Translations under genes and position numbers: made by a program | Assembly (NCBI GenBank): GCA_018303485.1 | Contig: JAGVYC010000014.1 | Span: 425-64,424 of the forward strand | DNA from: Candidatus Woesearchaeota archaeon | GTDB taxonomy: Archaea; Nanobdellota; Nanobdellia; SCGC-AAA011-G17; JACPNG01 | DNA: 64,000 nucleotides | Direction of reading: 5' to 3' | Part shown: one piece after another, positions 50,818-60,449 of the stretch | How the letters are laid out: the number at the start of each line of letters is the position of its first letter | How positions within the stretch are numbered: the first letter of the stretch is position 1 | The notes under the pieces: generated by a model | The model's database searches: none | Seen by the model: only the letters and a program-made list of their open reading frames with translations | What the model was told of the DNA's origin: nothing

Positions 50818-52227
50818 TTAGCTTCCTCCCATCATCTTTCTTAAGGCAGGATGCATATCCATCATATGTTGCTTGGCAATGTCTTCATATAATCTATAGA
50901 CAATCATAACAGCTAATAAAATGCCAGTACCCCTGCTTAAAGCACCAAGCAAATCAGCAGATGCAGCCAAGAAACCAATTACAGCACCACCCATAATGGT
51001 TAATGGCATTATATATCTTGATAGTAATTGTTCTATTACTCTTGGATCTCTTCTAAAACCAGGTACTTGTAATCCAGATGCCATGATTTGTCTTGCTTGG
51101 CTTGCAGCATCCATGCCAGATGTCTGCACCCAGAATATTGAGAATATTACAGCCCCAACCATCATAAACAATGCATAAACACCAGCCTGTGCTAATAACA
51201 ACCAGTTTAATCCGCCAGATTTTATTATGCCACTTACCAAATCAGGTCCAAAAATCCATGCAACAAAACCACTATTTGGTACATTGCCAACAAATGTTCC
51301 TAGTATTGGCCTGCCCCAGCTTTCCAATAGCCTAGCCCATAGTTGTATGTTCGCCATTAAAGCAGCTATTAGTATGACTGGTATATTTGATGTATATAAA
51401 AAATTCAATGGCCATCTCATGCCATAACCCCTTATTTTTCCAAATGATAATGGTATCTCTACTTTCATAGACTGAACATAAACAGAAATAACAAAAACAA
51501 CTATTGTTGCAATTATAGCTGCAATAGCTAAACTCGCTCCCTGTATGTTCCCTTCAATTATGGATTTAAAAAATACCCATACCTGGCCAACAGGATCTCC
51601 ACCACTTCCTAAAGCCCATGTTCCAACAGTTGTTAAAGGTGAAAATGCTCTTATCACGATTTGGCTTGCAACACCAGCAACAATAAATAAGCTTATTCCA
51701 GATCCAAATCCCCATTTGCTTACCACTTCATCCATAAACAAGATTAATAAACCTCCTAAAATCAATTGTGCTATTAAAACAAACTCCATCAATCTAAATG
51801 TGCCTGGTGCCAATGCAGGATTAGGAGATAAACCACCCATTAATACATAAATAGAACCTTCAAATATTATGAAAAATACAGCCAAAATTTTTTGCAAGCC
51901 CTGAAAAAATACTCTTCCTTCATGTGTCGTGGTGTCAAATTTTACAATTTTAGAACCTTGTAATAATTGCAAAACAATAGATGCTGTTACCAATGGACCA
52001 ATACCCAAGGATATTATGCTCCCAAAACTTGCGCCAAGTATTATAGATAATTGTTCAAATTGTTGCAGTGCATTTTGACCAAGCCCAAATAGTGGTATTA
52101 TTGATAAAACATAAAAGGCAACAAGCATTATCAATGTCCATTTCAATTTTTCTTTAAAACCAAGCCTTTTTTGTTCTGGTTTTTTTACTTCTGGTAAATT
52201 GCTTAATATTGCCTTGAAATTAACCAT
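50818..52227 (-). CDS. secY: preprotein translocase subunit SecY
   Basis: 469 aa, 10 TM, follows L15 as in all archaea. Confidence 0.9.
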   Translation of the reverse strand: MVNFKAILSNLPEVKKPEQKRLGFKEKLKWTLIMLVAFYVLSIIPLFGLGQNALQQFEQLSIILGASFGSIISLGIGPLVTASIVLQLLQGSKIVKFDTTTHEGRVFFQGLQKILAVFFIIFEGSIYVLMGGLSPNPALAPGTFRLMEFVLIAQLILGGLLILFMDEVVSKWGFGSGISLFIVAGVASQIVIRAFSPLTTVGTWALGSGGDPVGQVWVFFKSIIEGNIQGASLAIAAIIATIVVFVISVYVQSMKVEIPLSFGKIRGYGMRWPLNFLYTSNIPVILIAALMANIQLWARLLESWGRPILGTFVGNVPNSGFVAWIFGPDLVSGIIKSGGLNWLLLAQAGVYALFMMVGAVIFSIFWVQTSGMDAASQARQIMASGLQVPGFRRDPRVIEQLLSRYIMPLTIMGGAVIGFLAASADLLGALSRGTGILLAVMIVYRLYEDIAKQHMMDMHPALRKMMGGS

Positions 52228-52228
52228 G

Positions 52229-52645
52229 TTATTGTTTTATTATTACTTCTCCTCCGGCATTCTTTATTTTTTCAATTGCATTATTTGATGCACTTTTAAC
52301 AATAACCTTGATTTTCTTATTAACATTGCCTTTGCCTAATAGCTTGCCATAGCCATGTTTGCCCAAATCGATTTCATTACCTTCAAATCTGTCTAGTTCG
52401 CCTGTATTAATTACATTTAAGTCTTCTTTTATTTTCAATCCGCTATGTCTGACAAAACCATTCTTGCCAAAATAGCCAGGGCCATAAACCTTAAGCACAA
52501 ATGATTTTCTTTGGTCAGCCCTTTTTCCACTTCCAGCCATTCCAAAACCACCTCTATTGCCAGAATTTCTGTGCTTTTTCTTTGAGCCCCATCCATGGGT
52601 TTTGTACCCTCTAAATCTAATGTTTTTCTTTCTTTTTCTAATCAT
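52229..52645 (-). CDS. rpl15: ribosomal protein L15 (uL15)
   Basis: G/R/K-rich N-terminus 'GWGSKKKHRNSGNRGG'; conserved position. Confidence 0.85.
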   Translation of the reverse strand: MIRKRKKNIRFRGYKTHGWGSKKKHRNSGNRGGFGMAGSGKRADQRKSFVLKVYGPGYFGKNGFVRHSGLKIKEDLNVINTGELDRFEGNEIDLGKHGYGKLLGKGNVNKKIKVIVKSASNNAIEKIKNAGGEVIIKQ

Positions 52646-52646
52646 A

Positions 52647-53123
52647 TCAAATCATCCTTTGTATAAGCTCGTTTATCTTTGTACTTCTATATCCCAACGC
52701 CCCGCCAACTGAAAATGGCTTTTTGATTCCATATCTTTCAAATCCCCCCTTTGGTGGCTTCAATTTAAAGTACTGTTTTAATCCAGGTACATCTCTGAGA
52801 TTCTTCTTGAGTTCAAAAAATTCTTTTGTAAATTGCCCATAATCCATTTTGCATTTATTTTTCAAGTATTCTTCATTTAATGGTTTATTGCCGACAATTT
52901 TCCCTCTTTTTTCTAATAATAGTCTGAATGTTTCTTGGTCTATCTCACCCCATGTAATATAATCTTTAACCTTGTTAATCATTCCAATAATAGAGCTGGT
53001 ATTTGCAGCAATAATGCACCCATTTTTCTTGTAGAGCCTTAGCATTTTCATAGTATCTTCTATATCTCCCTTTATTTTATTAGATCCTCTTACTCTTACT
53101 ATGGCTATCTTTTTATTTTCCAT
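52647..53123 (-). CDS. rpl30: ribosomal protein L30 (uL30)
   Basis: 'IAIVRVRGSNKIKGDIEDTMKMLRL'; start set at internal Met so as not to overlap S5. Confidence 0.8.
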   Translation of the reverse strand: MENKKIAIVRVRGSNKIKGDIEDTMKMLRLYKKNGCIIAANTSSIIGMINKVKDYITWGEIDQETFRLLLEKRGKIVGNKPLNEEYLKNKCKMDYGQFTKEFFELKKNLRDVPGLKQYFKLKPPKGGFERYGIKKPFSVGGALGYRSTKINELIQRMI

Positions 53124-53125
53124 AT

Positions 53126-53869
53126 TTATACAATGCCCAGTCGTTTTATCTGGTCTTCTTTTATCTTGGTTTTTGATAATTCTTTTAATGCAGCAAAGCA
53201 TGCTTTAGCTAAATTCATCTTTGTGCCTGTCTGCCCAAATGTTTTTGAGTAAACATCTTTAATACCTGCTAACCCGAGTATCTTCTTGCATTCTTTTTCT
53301 GTAACTAACCCGCTGCCTTTTGGGGCAGGTTTTAACTCAATAATAACACTACCTGATTTTCCTCTAACCTTAAATGGTATTGAATGAGGTTCTCTGCATC
53401 CACATTCCCAGCTTCCACAGCCTCTTTTAATAACAATAATATTTAGTTTGGCATCCCTTAATGCTTTTGTTCTTGCAGGTACAGTTTCTTTTGCCTTGCC
53501 CTTGCCTAATCCAACATAACCATTTTTATTGCCAACAACAATAAATGTTGAAAATTTCGGCTTGTTTCCCTCTTTTGTTTTTTTCTGTGTTTGTTTCCAG
53601 ATGCTTCTCTTTCCGCCGCCAAATTTTCCTTTCGACTGGCCAACCTCTATGAATTCTGAGTTTAAATCAGTAATAAAAAAATCAACTATATCAGCTTCTA
53701 AAATTCTATAGCTGTTTTCTAAGATATATTTCAAATCAGCAATATCCCCTCTTTTTACCCTCTTTCCTAAATCTGTTTTTGGCTCCCACGATCCTTTGTT
53801 TAATGACCTTACTGTTCTATCAGCAATTTCTTCTTCTTTTTTTGCAATAATAATTTCTTCTTCAACCAT
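53126..53869 (-). CDS. rps5: ribosomal protein S5 (uS5)
   Basis: dsRBD plus S5 C-terminal domain 'GKFGGGKR...VVGNKNGYVGLGKGKAKE'. Confidence 0.85.
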   Translation of the reverse strand: MVEEEIIIAKKEEEIADRTVRSLNKGSWEPKTDLGKRVKRGDIADLKYILENSYRILEADIVDFFITDLNSEFIEVGQSKGKFGGGKRSIWKQTQKKTKEGNKPKFSTFIVVGNKNGYVGLGKGKAKETVPARTKALRDAKLNIIVIKRGCGSWECGCREPHSIPFKVRGKSGSVIIELKPAPKGSGLVTEKECKKILGLAGIKDVYSKTFGQTGTKMNLAKACFAALKELSKTKIKEDQIKRLGIV

Positions 53870-53870
53870 T

Positions 53871-54425
53871 TTAACTCCTTAAAATATTATTTTTTGCCTC
53901 ATCAAATTTTTTTTTCATGTCTTCTGGCTTTAGATTCAATTTGGCATAATTTCCAAATCTTTTTGTATATTCTTCGTTGTTTAGCATTTTTGCATATTTA
54001 GCTACATGCTCTCCGTTTATTCTTGCTTCAGTTGGAAAAATATCGGGATTATGTGGTATTTTTAACCCGCCGTTCACCGCACCATTTAGCACAGCAAATA
54101 AAACACCACTATGAATTGCCTTTTTTAAACCGCTATCAAAAATAGCTTCTTTAAAGTTTTTTTTCTTTGCTTTTATAGCAACCAGTAGGCCTAAAAGGTA
54201 GGCAGCGCTAATATTTGTTTTGCTGTATAACCATCCGTATCTTTTTAGTTCATTTGAATGTGCTGCAATTAATACAACATCGCCGTCTTTTTTGTATTCT
54301 ATTATCTGCAATATTATATTTTTTAATGACATTCTTGCAACTAATCTTAGCTTGCCGGACTTTATCAGGTTTAACCTGGCGTTGTAGTCTGTTCTACTTT
54401 TTCTTCTTCGTTTGTATTGCGTCAT
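53871..54425 (-). CDS. rpl18: ribosomal protein L18 (uL18)
   Basis: 'RRRKSRTDYNARLNLIKSGKLRLVAR' N-terminus. Confidence 0.85.
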   Translation of the reverse strand: MTQYKRRRKSRTDYNARLNLIKSGKLRLVARMSLKNIILQIIEYKKDGDVVLIAAHSNELKRYGWLYSKTNISAAYLLGLLVAIKAKKKNFKEAIFDSGLKKAIHSGVLFAVLNGAVNGGLKIPHNPDIFPTEARINGEHVAKYAKMLNNEEYTKRFGNYAKLNLKPEDMKKKFDEAKNNILRS

Positions 54426-54876
54426 TTTTCTTTGTTACTAGTTTATTTTCTTCTAAGTACAGCTTAAGGTGGCCTTTGCTTCTAAAAAACCCTCCTCCTG
54501 CTTTTCTGTAAACACCTCTAAAATCTTTTTTGGACAAGTAATTCCTAATCTTTAAAAGCCTTAAATGTCTGCGTTGGGATCTAATCTTATGGATCCATCT
54601 ATCTTTATCTTTTAACCTTGATGTCCTCTTGCCCTTCCTTGAGCCTTTGCCCTGTCTCCTTCCCTTTCTTTTTTGCAAAAGCCTTTTTTTGAATCTTAGG
54701 CTGCTGATGCCAATTTTATTCCTTGCAATTATTGCACCATGGCTGATTAATCCGCGAATATCATCGCTTGTTATTGCTTCTTTAATCTCTTCCAATCTAT
54801 CTTGGTCAAATACAATCTTGCCCTTCCCGACATTCAAAATCCTTGCAGCCAGCAATTTTTTGTTTCTTAAGTTCAT
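54394..54876 (-). CDS. rpl19e: ribosomal protein L19e
   Basis: 'NLRNKKLLAARIL' N-terminus, K/R-rich middle. Confidence 0.8.
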   Translation of the reverse strand: MNLRNKKLLAARILNVGKGKIVFDQDRLEEIKEAITSDDIRGLISHGAIIARNKIGISSLRFKKRLLQKRKGRRQGKGSRKGKRTSRLKDKDRWIHKIRSQRRHLRLLKIRNYLSKKDFRGVYRKAGGGFFRSKGHLKLYLEENKLVTKKNDAIQTKKKK

Positions 54877-55415
54877 TTTGCCTTCATCTCTAAAACCTTC
54901 TTTTTCAATTCCTTTTCCTCTTCTTTTGTCTGCTTTTTTTCTTCAGTCTTTTTTTCAGCAATTTTTTTGTCAGGCTTTCCCTTTTTGGTATTTTCTTTTT
55001 TCTTTTTTATTGAGTCTTCAGCATTCTTTACGAATTCATTAGGATTTTCTACATTTGAAATATTTATCTTCAGCTCAACAGCCTTTTTTGCTATATCCAG
55101 CCTTTTCTTCATGCCCACTGTTTTTCCAATCACAGCACAGCACCCTTCTTTGACATTTAATAAATCATTAACATTGTGAACTAAGACTTCCCTCAAACCA
55201 TTATGATTTAATCCCCTGACAATTTTCGGTGAGCCAAAACCAGGATTAGGCATGCTAATATGACCAGCCATGCTTTGTCTAATCTTTGAATGAATCCCTT
55301 TGGCTCTAATCCATTTCTTTTTTAATTTCTTTATTTGAAAGTCCTGTCTAAGAAAAACTGGTTTTTTCTTTTTGATTATGCTTCTTAATTCCAACATTTT
55401 TTTAAAGTCTTTCAT
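54873..55415 (-). CDS. rpl32e: ribosomal protein L32e (with Lys/Glu-rich C-terminal tail)
   Basis: 'FLRQDFQIKKLKKKWIRAKGIHSKIR' core; position between L6 and L19e. Confidence 0.8.
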   Translation of the reverse strand: MKDFKKMLELRSIIKKKKPVFLRQDFQIKKLKKKWIRAKGIHSKIRQSMAGHISMPNPGFGSPKIVRGLNHNGLREVLVHNVNDLLNVKEGCCAVIGKTVGMKKRLDIAKKAVELKINISNVENPNEFVKNAEDSIKKKKENTKKGKPDKKIAEKKTEEKKQTKEEEKELKKKVLEMKAK

Positions 55416-55957
55416 TTTACCAATTTTCCATTTTTGTCAGTTATGTAACATCCATCTTGGAATACTCTTTTATCCCTTCCTCTTACTTTTGTAAGCAGTT
55501 CTATTTTTCCGGCCATTTGGCCAACTTTCTCTTTGTCTATTCCTTTAATTATAATCATATTACCTTCAATATTAACACTTACACCTTCTATAAGCTTGGT
55601 TTTCCTTGGTATCTTCTCGCCAAGAAAATTTTTTATTACAATCTCGTTTTTGTCAATAATTATGCTCATTGGGAAATGGCTTGAACATGCAATTACCTTG
55701 TATACATAGTTTGATTTGATGCCCTTAAGCATATTTTTTATGTGTGCGCTAAATGATCCTATGAGTCTTTTCTCTCTTTTTGTACCCATTGCAGATTTTA
55801 TAATGATATAATCTCCTTCTTTGACAATGCTGATTTTTGGATAAAATAATACTCTTTCAATCTTATTGTTTCCACAGCTAGCGCGAACCACTCTATTGTC
55901 TATATCAACATTAACGTCTTCAGGTATGCCTATTTTTTCTATGATGTCCGATTTCAT
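55412..55957 (-). CDS. rpl6: ribosomal protein L6 (uL6)
   Basis: Two-repeat L6 fold, 'GYSHPV'-like region; conserved position. Confidence 0.85.
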   Translation of the reverse strand: MKSDIIEKIGIPEDVNVDIDNRVVRASCGNNKIERVLFYPKISIVKEGDYIIIKSAMGTKREKRLIGSFSAHIKNMLKGIKSNYVYKVIACSSHFPMSIIIDKNEIVIKNFLGEKIPRKTKLIEGVSVNIEGNMIIIKGIDKEKVGQMAGKIELLTKVRGRDKRVFQDGCYITDKNGKLVK

Positions 55958-55958
55958 T

Positions 55959-56342
55959 TTAATAACAATAACTGATTAGCCTTCCTCCAATGCCGAGTTC
56001 TTGTGCTTCAATATGAGTCATAAGACCCTTGGAAGTTGAAACTATTAAAAGTCCAAAACTCTTTGCAGGCAGGTATCTTTTTTCAAATTTCTTAAACCCT
56101 GTTTTTTCAACAGAGAACCTCGGTTTTATTACGCCGCAGTTATTTATCTTGCCTGCAAGCATAACTTTGACAATGCCACCTTTAGTGCTTTCAACAATTT
56201 CATATTTGTCAATATAATTATTTTTTTTCATAATGTCCAAAACATCTTTAATAATTTTTGAACATGGTTTTGAATAACATATTCTCTTTCCAACCATTTC
56301 TCCATTCATTATGTTTGATAACAAATTTGCTAAGTTGTCCAT
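55959..56342 (-). CDS. rps8: ribosomal protein S8 (uS8)
   Basis: 'DNLANLLSNIMNGEMVGKR' N-terminus typical of S8. Confidence 0.85.
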   Translation of the reverse strand: MDNLANLLSNIMNGEMVGKRICYSKPCSKIIKDVLDIMKKNNYIDKYEIVESTKGGIVKVMLAGKINNCGVIKPRFSVEKTGFKKFEKRYLPAKSFGLLIVSTSKGLMTHIEAQELGIGGRLISYCY

Positions 56343-56347
56343 TTTTA

Positions 56348-56578
56348 TCAGCTGTATTTTTTAAATCCAATAGATTTTGCGAAATCCCTAAAACATCTCC
56401 TGCATGTATTAACTCCATACTTGCCAATATACCCGCGTGTGCTTCCGCAAAATCTGCAGTGTTTGGTTGATTTCCCAAATTTTCTTTCTTTAGGAGCATT
56501 ATGTTTTATAAATTTCTTTAGTTTAGCCGGTTTGCTATTAAGCTGCTTAAACTCTTTCCGGTAATCGCTCGTAGTCAT
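56348..56578 (-). CDS. rps14: ribosomal protein S14 (uS14, zinc type)
   Basis: 'CRFCGSTRGYIGKYGVNTCRRCFRDFA' C4 zinc motif. Confidence 0.85.
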   Translation of the reverse strand: MTTSDYRKEFKQLNSKPAKLKKFIKHNAPKERKFGKSTKHCRFCGSTRGYIGKYGVNTCRRCFRDFAKSIGFKKYS

Positions 56579-56580
56579 AT

Positions 56581-57081
56581 TTAATCAACAACCTCCACAC
56601 CATAACCTTCGGCTATAAATTTTATTGCATCATCTTTTGTTATTATGTGTTTAATGCCGATGTCTGTTTTTCTTACAGACCTGTTTTTAATCCTGTATCC
56701 AGGCCTTTTTAATGTAACAGCAACTTCCAGGCCTATTATTCCTATAGTTGGATCATATTTTATTTCAGGTATTTCTATATACTCCTTTATGCCAAAAGAA
56801 AGGTTGCCGAATTTGTCAAATTTTTTTCTGCTAATTTTATTGTTCATTGCCTTTAACAATCTTTTAAGCAATAAGTTCGCCCTTTCTTTTCTTAATGTAA
56901 CCTTGCACCCTATTGGCAGACCAGGCCTAATACCCCAAGTAGGTATTCTTGTCTTTGATTTTGTTTGTACAGGTTTTGCATTGCTTATTGAACTTAGTAA
57001 TTTCATAGCCTTTTCTAATTTATCCCCTGGTTCTCCAGCGCCTATATTCAATGTTACCTTATCTATCTCAATTTTTTTCAT
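56581..57081 (-). CDS. rpl5: ribosomal protein L5 (uL5)
   Basis: 166 aa; conserved position between S14 and S4e. Confidence 0.85.
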   Translation of the reverse strand: MKKIEIDKVTLNIGAGEPGDKLEKAMKLLSSISNAKPVQTKSKTRIPTWGIRPGLPIGCKVTLRKERANLLLKRLLKAMNNKISRKKFDKFGNLSFGIKEYIEIPEIKYDPTIGIIGLEVAVTLKRPGYRIKNRSVRKTDIGIKHIITKDDAIKFIAEGYGVEVVD

Positions 57082-57775
57082 TTTCTCCTCTTACACCTTT
57101 ATCAATAATATAGCAATAATCCTTTAATGTTTCATAAATACCTTCTTTATCCTTAAATATAACAGTAGATTCGCGCATGCCTTTGTATTGATTAATCTTT
57201 TCTATTGTGCCTATCTTTCCAATGTGTTTGCCGGATATTAATAATACCCTTGCACCTTGTTCAAGTCTTAGGTGTTTTTTTATCTTTTTTGAAACAAAAT
57301 CAAAAATTATAGTATCTCCAACCTTGTAAACATCTTTATCAACTATTATGTTCCTTCCGTCAATAAAGTTTAATTGCGGCTTATTTCCCTTTAAAGTGTT
57401 TTTCCCAATTATTTTGCAGAATTTATAATTAGAGTCATCTTTGTCTATTTTTATTAGTTTTAAATGCCCATTTTCATCCAACATTATCCTATAATGTTCA
57501 TTTGAATCTACAACATCAATAACATCCATTAATCCTACAGAAAATTTGTAATCACTTACAGCTTTTTTATCTATAAGCAGCTTTTTGTTGTTTAATATAT
57601 ACTTTACCTCTTTTCTTATTTTTGCTGATTTTAAAAATTCTTTCAGTAGGAAATCAACAGTTATGCAACCATCTGTCTTATGTGGTCCTGGGCTTGGTCT
57701 TGTTATAAATTTCTGACCCTTACGTTCAACATGCCAGAACTTCGGCATGTACAATCTCTTAAGATGATTTTTCAT
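57068..57775 (-). CDS. rps4e: ribosomal protein S4e
   Basis: 'HLKRLYMPKFWHVERKGQKFITRPSPGPH' N-terminus. Confidence 0.85.
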   Translation of the reverse strand: MKNHLKRLYMPKFWHVERKGQKFITRPSPGPHKTDGCITVDFLLKEFLKSAKIRKEVKYILNNKKLLIDKKAVSDYKFSVGLMDVIDVVDSNEHYRIMLDENGHLKLIKIDKDDSNYKFCKIIGKNTLKGNKPQLNFIDGRNIIVDKDVYKVGDTIIFDFVSKKIKKHLRLEQGARVLLISGKHIGKIGTIEKINQYKGMRESTVIFKDKEGIYETLKDYCYIIDKGVRGENEKN

Positions 57776-58158
57776 TTTTTAACATTCCTCTCCAGCATAG
57801 CTCTCCTTTTTTTATCATCAGTTTTTAATTCAATTATCTGCAAGTTTGAAGGATGTATTGGATAAAACCTCTTTGTTCCATCTTTTCTCACAATTTCAGC
57901 GCCTTCAACATAAACCCTTATATTATGCATATCAACCTTATTTACAACGCCTGCAATTTTTTTAAATTGTCCTCTCATGATCTTTACCTTATCACCTTTT
58001 ATCACAGGCACATTTTTTTTCTTGTATAGTTTTCTTATTTCTTCGCTAAGATTGCAGGAGATAAACTTCTTTCTTAAATGCAATGGTGCATTTTTTACAT
58101 ATTTCCGTTGTTTCCTTGGATTTCTGCTCGATTTCCAATGAAGTGATATTTTTTTCAT
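57772..58158 (-). CDS. rpl24: ribosomal protein L24 (uL24)
   Basis: KOW 'GDKVKIMRGQFKKIAGVV'. Confidence 0.85.
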   Translation of the reverse strand: MKKISLHWKSSRNPRKQRKYVKNAPLHLRKKFISCNLSEEIRKLYKKKNVPVIKGDKVKIMRGQFKKIAGVVNKVDMHNIRVYVEGAEIVRKDGTKRFYPIHPSNLQIIELKTDDKKRRAMLERNVKK

Positions 58159-58165
58159 TTTAATT

Positions 58166-58567
58166 TTAAGCTATAATCTTTGCTAGTTTTGCTACATTCG
58201 GCCATCTGCCACACGCCTCTTTTGCTATTGGCCCTTTAAACAATGTCCCCTTTGGAGTACCTTTATCATCTTTTAATACAACAACAGCATTATCTTCAAA
58301 GCATACTCTTGTTCCATCAGGTCTTCTGTAAGGCCTTCTTTGTCTTACCACTATTGCAAACACAACCTGCTTCATCATGTCAGGTCTGCCCTTTGTTACA
58401 GTACCTATGACTAAATCTCCAATGCCTGCGCTAATCCTTCTTCTCTTTACAGATTTGCCACCTTTTTTTGAGAATATTTTTATTTCTTTAGCCCCAGAGT
58501 TATCACAAACATTTACTCTAGATTCAGGTTGCAATGCCCTTGTTATATTTGCTGCCATAGCCTTCAT
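58166..58567 (-). CDS. rpl14: ribosomal protein L14 (uL14)
   Basis: 'CDNSGAKEIKI' signature. Confidence 0.9.
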   Translation of the reverse strand: MKAMAANITRALQPESRVNVCDNSGAKEIKIFSKKGGKSVKRRRISAGIGDLVIGTVTKGRPDMMKQVVFAIVVRQRRPYRRPDGTRVCFEDNAVVVLKDDKGTPKGTLFKGPIAKEACGRWPNVAKLAKIIA

Positions 58568-58890
58568 TTTTTGTTTACCTCAATTATAACAAAATTTTTT
58601 GTTTTTGATATGGGTCTAGACTCTATTATCTTGACTTTATCCCCGACAGCTGCTTCAATGCAGTCTGGCTTGTGAACCTTTAACCTCGATCTTCTTTTTT
58701 CATATCTCTCATATTTTCTTAAATACAACAGCCTTGGCCATTCCACAGTTGCTGTCTTTTGCATGCCCATTTTTATTATTACACCCTCAAACATTCTTCC
58801 TCTTACAACCAGCATGCCATGGAAAGGGCAATGTTCATCGTTGCATGCCTTTTCTGGTTGCTTTACTTCCAAGCCGATATTTTTTTTCAT
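58564..58890 (-). CDS. rps17: ribosomal protein S17 (uS17)
   Basis: OB fold 'GVIIKMGMQKTATVEWPRLLYLRKYERYEKRRSRLKVH'. Confidence 0.85.
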   Translation of the reverse strand: MKKNIGLEVKQPEKACNDEHCPFHGMLVVRGRMFEGVIIKMGMQKTATVEWPRLLYLRKYERYEKRRSRLKVHKPDCIEAAVGDKVKIIESRPISKTKNFVIIEVNKK

Positions 58891-58912
58891 TTTATTTTAA
58901 TCAAGCTCTTTA

Positions 58913-59185
58913 TTATGATAGTCTCCTGATTCTTTTTATTCTATCTTCAGGCCTGTTAACGAGCAGCTTCCCATTTATTTCATACAAATGCCCTTTGTGT
59001 TTTATGCTGATTACAACCTGATCCTTTATCAATTTCTTTACAATATCTTTATTTTCAATTGTTATCATATTTTTTGTTTCATCAATGATTTTGCCATATA
59101 ATCCTATGAGGCTCTTGTTCTTGGCATCAACGATTCTTATATGTGAGCCTATTAATTCATGCCTTAGTATTTCTTTTCCCATCAT
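58913..59185 (-). CDS. rnp1: RNase P protein component 1 (Rpp29/Pop4)
   Basis: Sm-like 'LIGSHIRIVDAKNKSLIGLYGKIIDETKNMITI'; conserved slot between SUI1/L29 and S17. Confidence 0.75.
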   Translation of the reverse strand: MMGKEILRHELIGSHIRIVDAKNKSLIGLYGKIIDETKNMITIENKDIVKKLIKDQVVISIKHKGHLYEINGKLLVNRPEDRIKRIRRLS

Positions 59186-59186
59186 T

Positions 59187-59495
59187 TTACTCTATTGAAA
59201 TTGACTCCTTGTTAAACCCTAATTTTATCAATTCTGCCTTTACCCTTTCTGCATGGCTTCCTTGCAGTTCAACAACATTATCCTTTAATGTCCCGCCACA
59301 AGCGAGCTTTGATTTTAAGCCCTTAGTTATTTCTTTAAGGTCTATATCCTTTGCATTTATTCCTTGGACAATTGTCATCATTTTTCCAAATTTTATTTTT
59401 TCAACTTTAATCCTTATTTTTTGTTCTTCTTTTGCTATTTCTTCGCAAACACACAAATCTTTTTTTAAACCACATATTTTGCATATGTCTATCAT
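59187..59495 (-). CDS. translation initiation factor SUI1/eIF1
   Basis: 'GKMMTIVQGINAKDIDLKEITKGLKSKLACGGT' SUI1 fold. Confidence 0.8.
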   Translation of the reverse strand: MIDICKICGLKKDLCVCEEIAKEEQKIRIKVEKIKFGKMMTIVQGINAKDIDLKEITKGLKSKLACGGTLKDNVVELQGSHAERVKAELIKLGFNKESISIE

Positions 59496-59695
59496 TGCTT
59501 TTTATCCACCTCGGTTAGTTTTGTATTTATTCTTGCAACAGTTTTTTTCAGCTCCCTTATTCTTCCAGGATTCTCAGGCACAGTTTTTATTGCAATTTGG
59601 GCATTAACCTTCATAAGTTCCCTTCTTAATTCAACTAGCTTGTTTTCCAGATCTCCCTTTTTCATGACCTTTAATTCATTCTTTTTTATTATCGC
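59492..59695 (-). CDS. rpl29: ribosomal protein L29 (uL29)
   Basis: 'LKVMKKGDLENKLVELRRELMKVNAQIA'; start placed at internal Met, upstream K-rich extension overlaps S3 tail. Confidence 0.75.
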   Translation of the reverse strand, partial: AIIKKNELKVMKKGDLENKLVELRRELMKVNAQIAIKTVPENPGRIRELKKTVARINTKLTEVDKKQ

Positions 59696-60449
59696 CATCT
59701 TTAGGCTCCTTTTTATTTCTCTCTGCCTTTTTCTCAGCTCCATCTTCAGGCCCTTCTTTTTTTTCTTCAGATGCTGTTTTATTTTCCCTTTTATTTTCCG
59801 TCTTTTTTTTCTCATGTACTTTTTCAGCAGTTTTTTCTTGAATTTCTGTTTTTTCTTTAACCTTAATATTATCAGGCAATATAACATCAGGTGGTATGAT
59901 TGAAATTTTAATTCCTATAGTCCCTCTCTTGAGGTTTGCTACTGTATTAGACCTTAAAACATACGATGCTGAAACATCACCTGATTTTTTTAAATGGCCT
60001 GCTGAAAATCTCCAGCTTTTTGCCCTTGCGCCAGGAACACCAACACCACCTATTACAATTTCAGCACCTATTGCACCAGCATTCATTATTTCTTTTAATG
60101 TATTATACCCTAAAAATTTAAATTTATCAGAACCAAATTTTTCTAATGAATATACAATCTTATCTGCAACAGCATTTGGATCAAGCATAGGATTTTCTAT
60201 GTCTCCCATTTCAATTTGCGGATTATCAAGATTAAACTTAGTTTTTAATATTGAAGTTAGTGCTTTGATATTTTCTCCCTTTTTGCCGACAATTAAACCA
60301 GGCCTTACATTATAAATTATAATCTTATCTCCCAAGGGCGTTCTTTTTATGTCAATCCTACTGTACCCTGCTCTTTTGAGAAATAAAGAAACAAACCTTT
60401 GCACTTCTAATTCCTTTAGCCTTTGGCTTATGAATTTCCTTTCAATCAT
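59676..60449 (-). CDS. rps3: ribosomal protein S3 (uS3) with K/E-rich C-terminal tail
   Basis: KH domain 'GLIVGKKGENIKAL', S3-C domain; 257 aa. Confidence 0.9.
   Translation of the reverse strand: MIERKFISQRLKELEVQRFVSLFLKRAGYSRIDIKRTPLGDKIIIYNVRPGLIVGKKGENIKALTSILKTKFNLDNPQIEMGDIENPMLDPNAVADKIVYSLEKFGSDKFKFLGYNTLKEIMNAGAIGAEIVIGGVGVPGARAKSWRFSAGHLKKSGDVSASYVLRSNTVANLKRGTIGIKISIIPPDVILPDNIKVKEKTEIQEKTAEKVHEKKKTENKRENKTASEEKKEGPEDGAEKKAERNKKEPKDGDNKKE

Noticed and set aside
56248-56499. 83-aa minus-strand ORF overlapping S14 and S8 in another frame
   Set aside because: It is out of frame with two conserved genes. S14 (zinc motif) and S8 explain the region.
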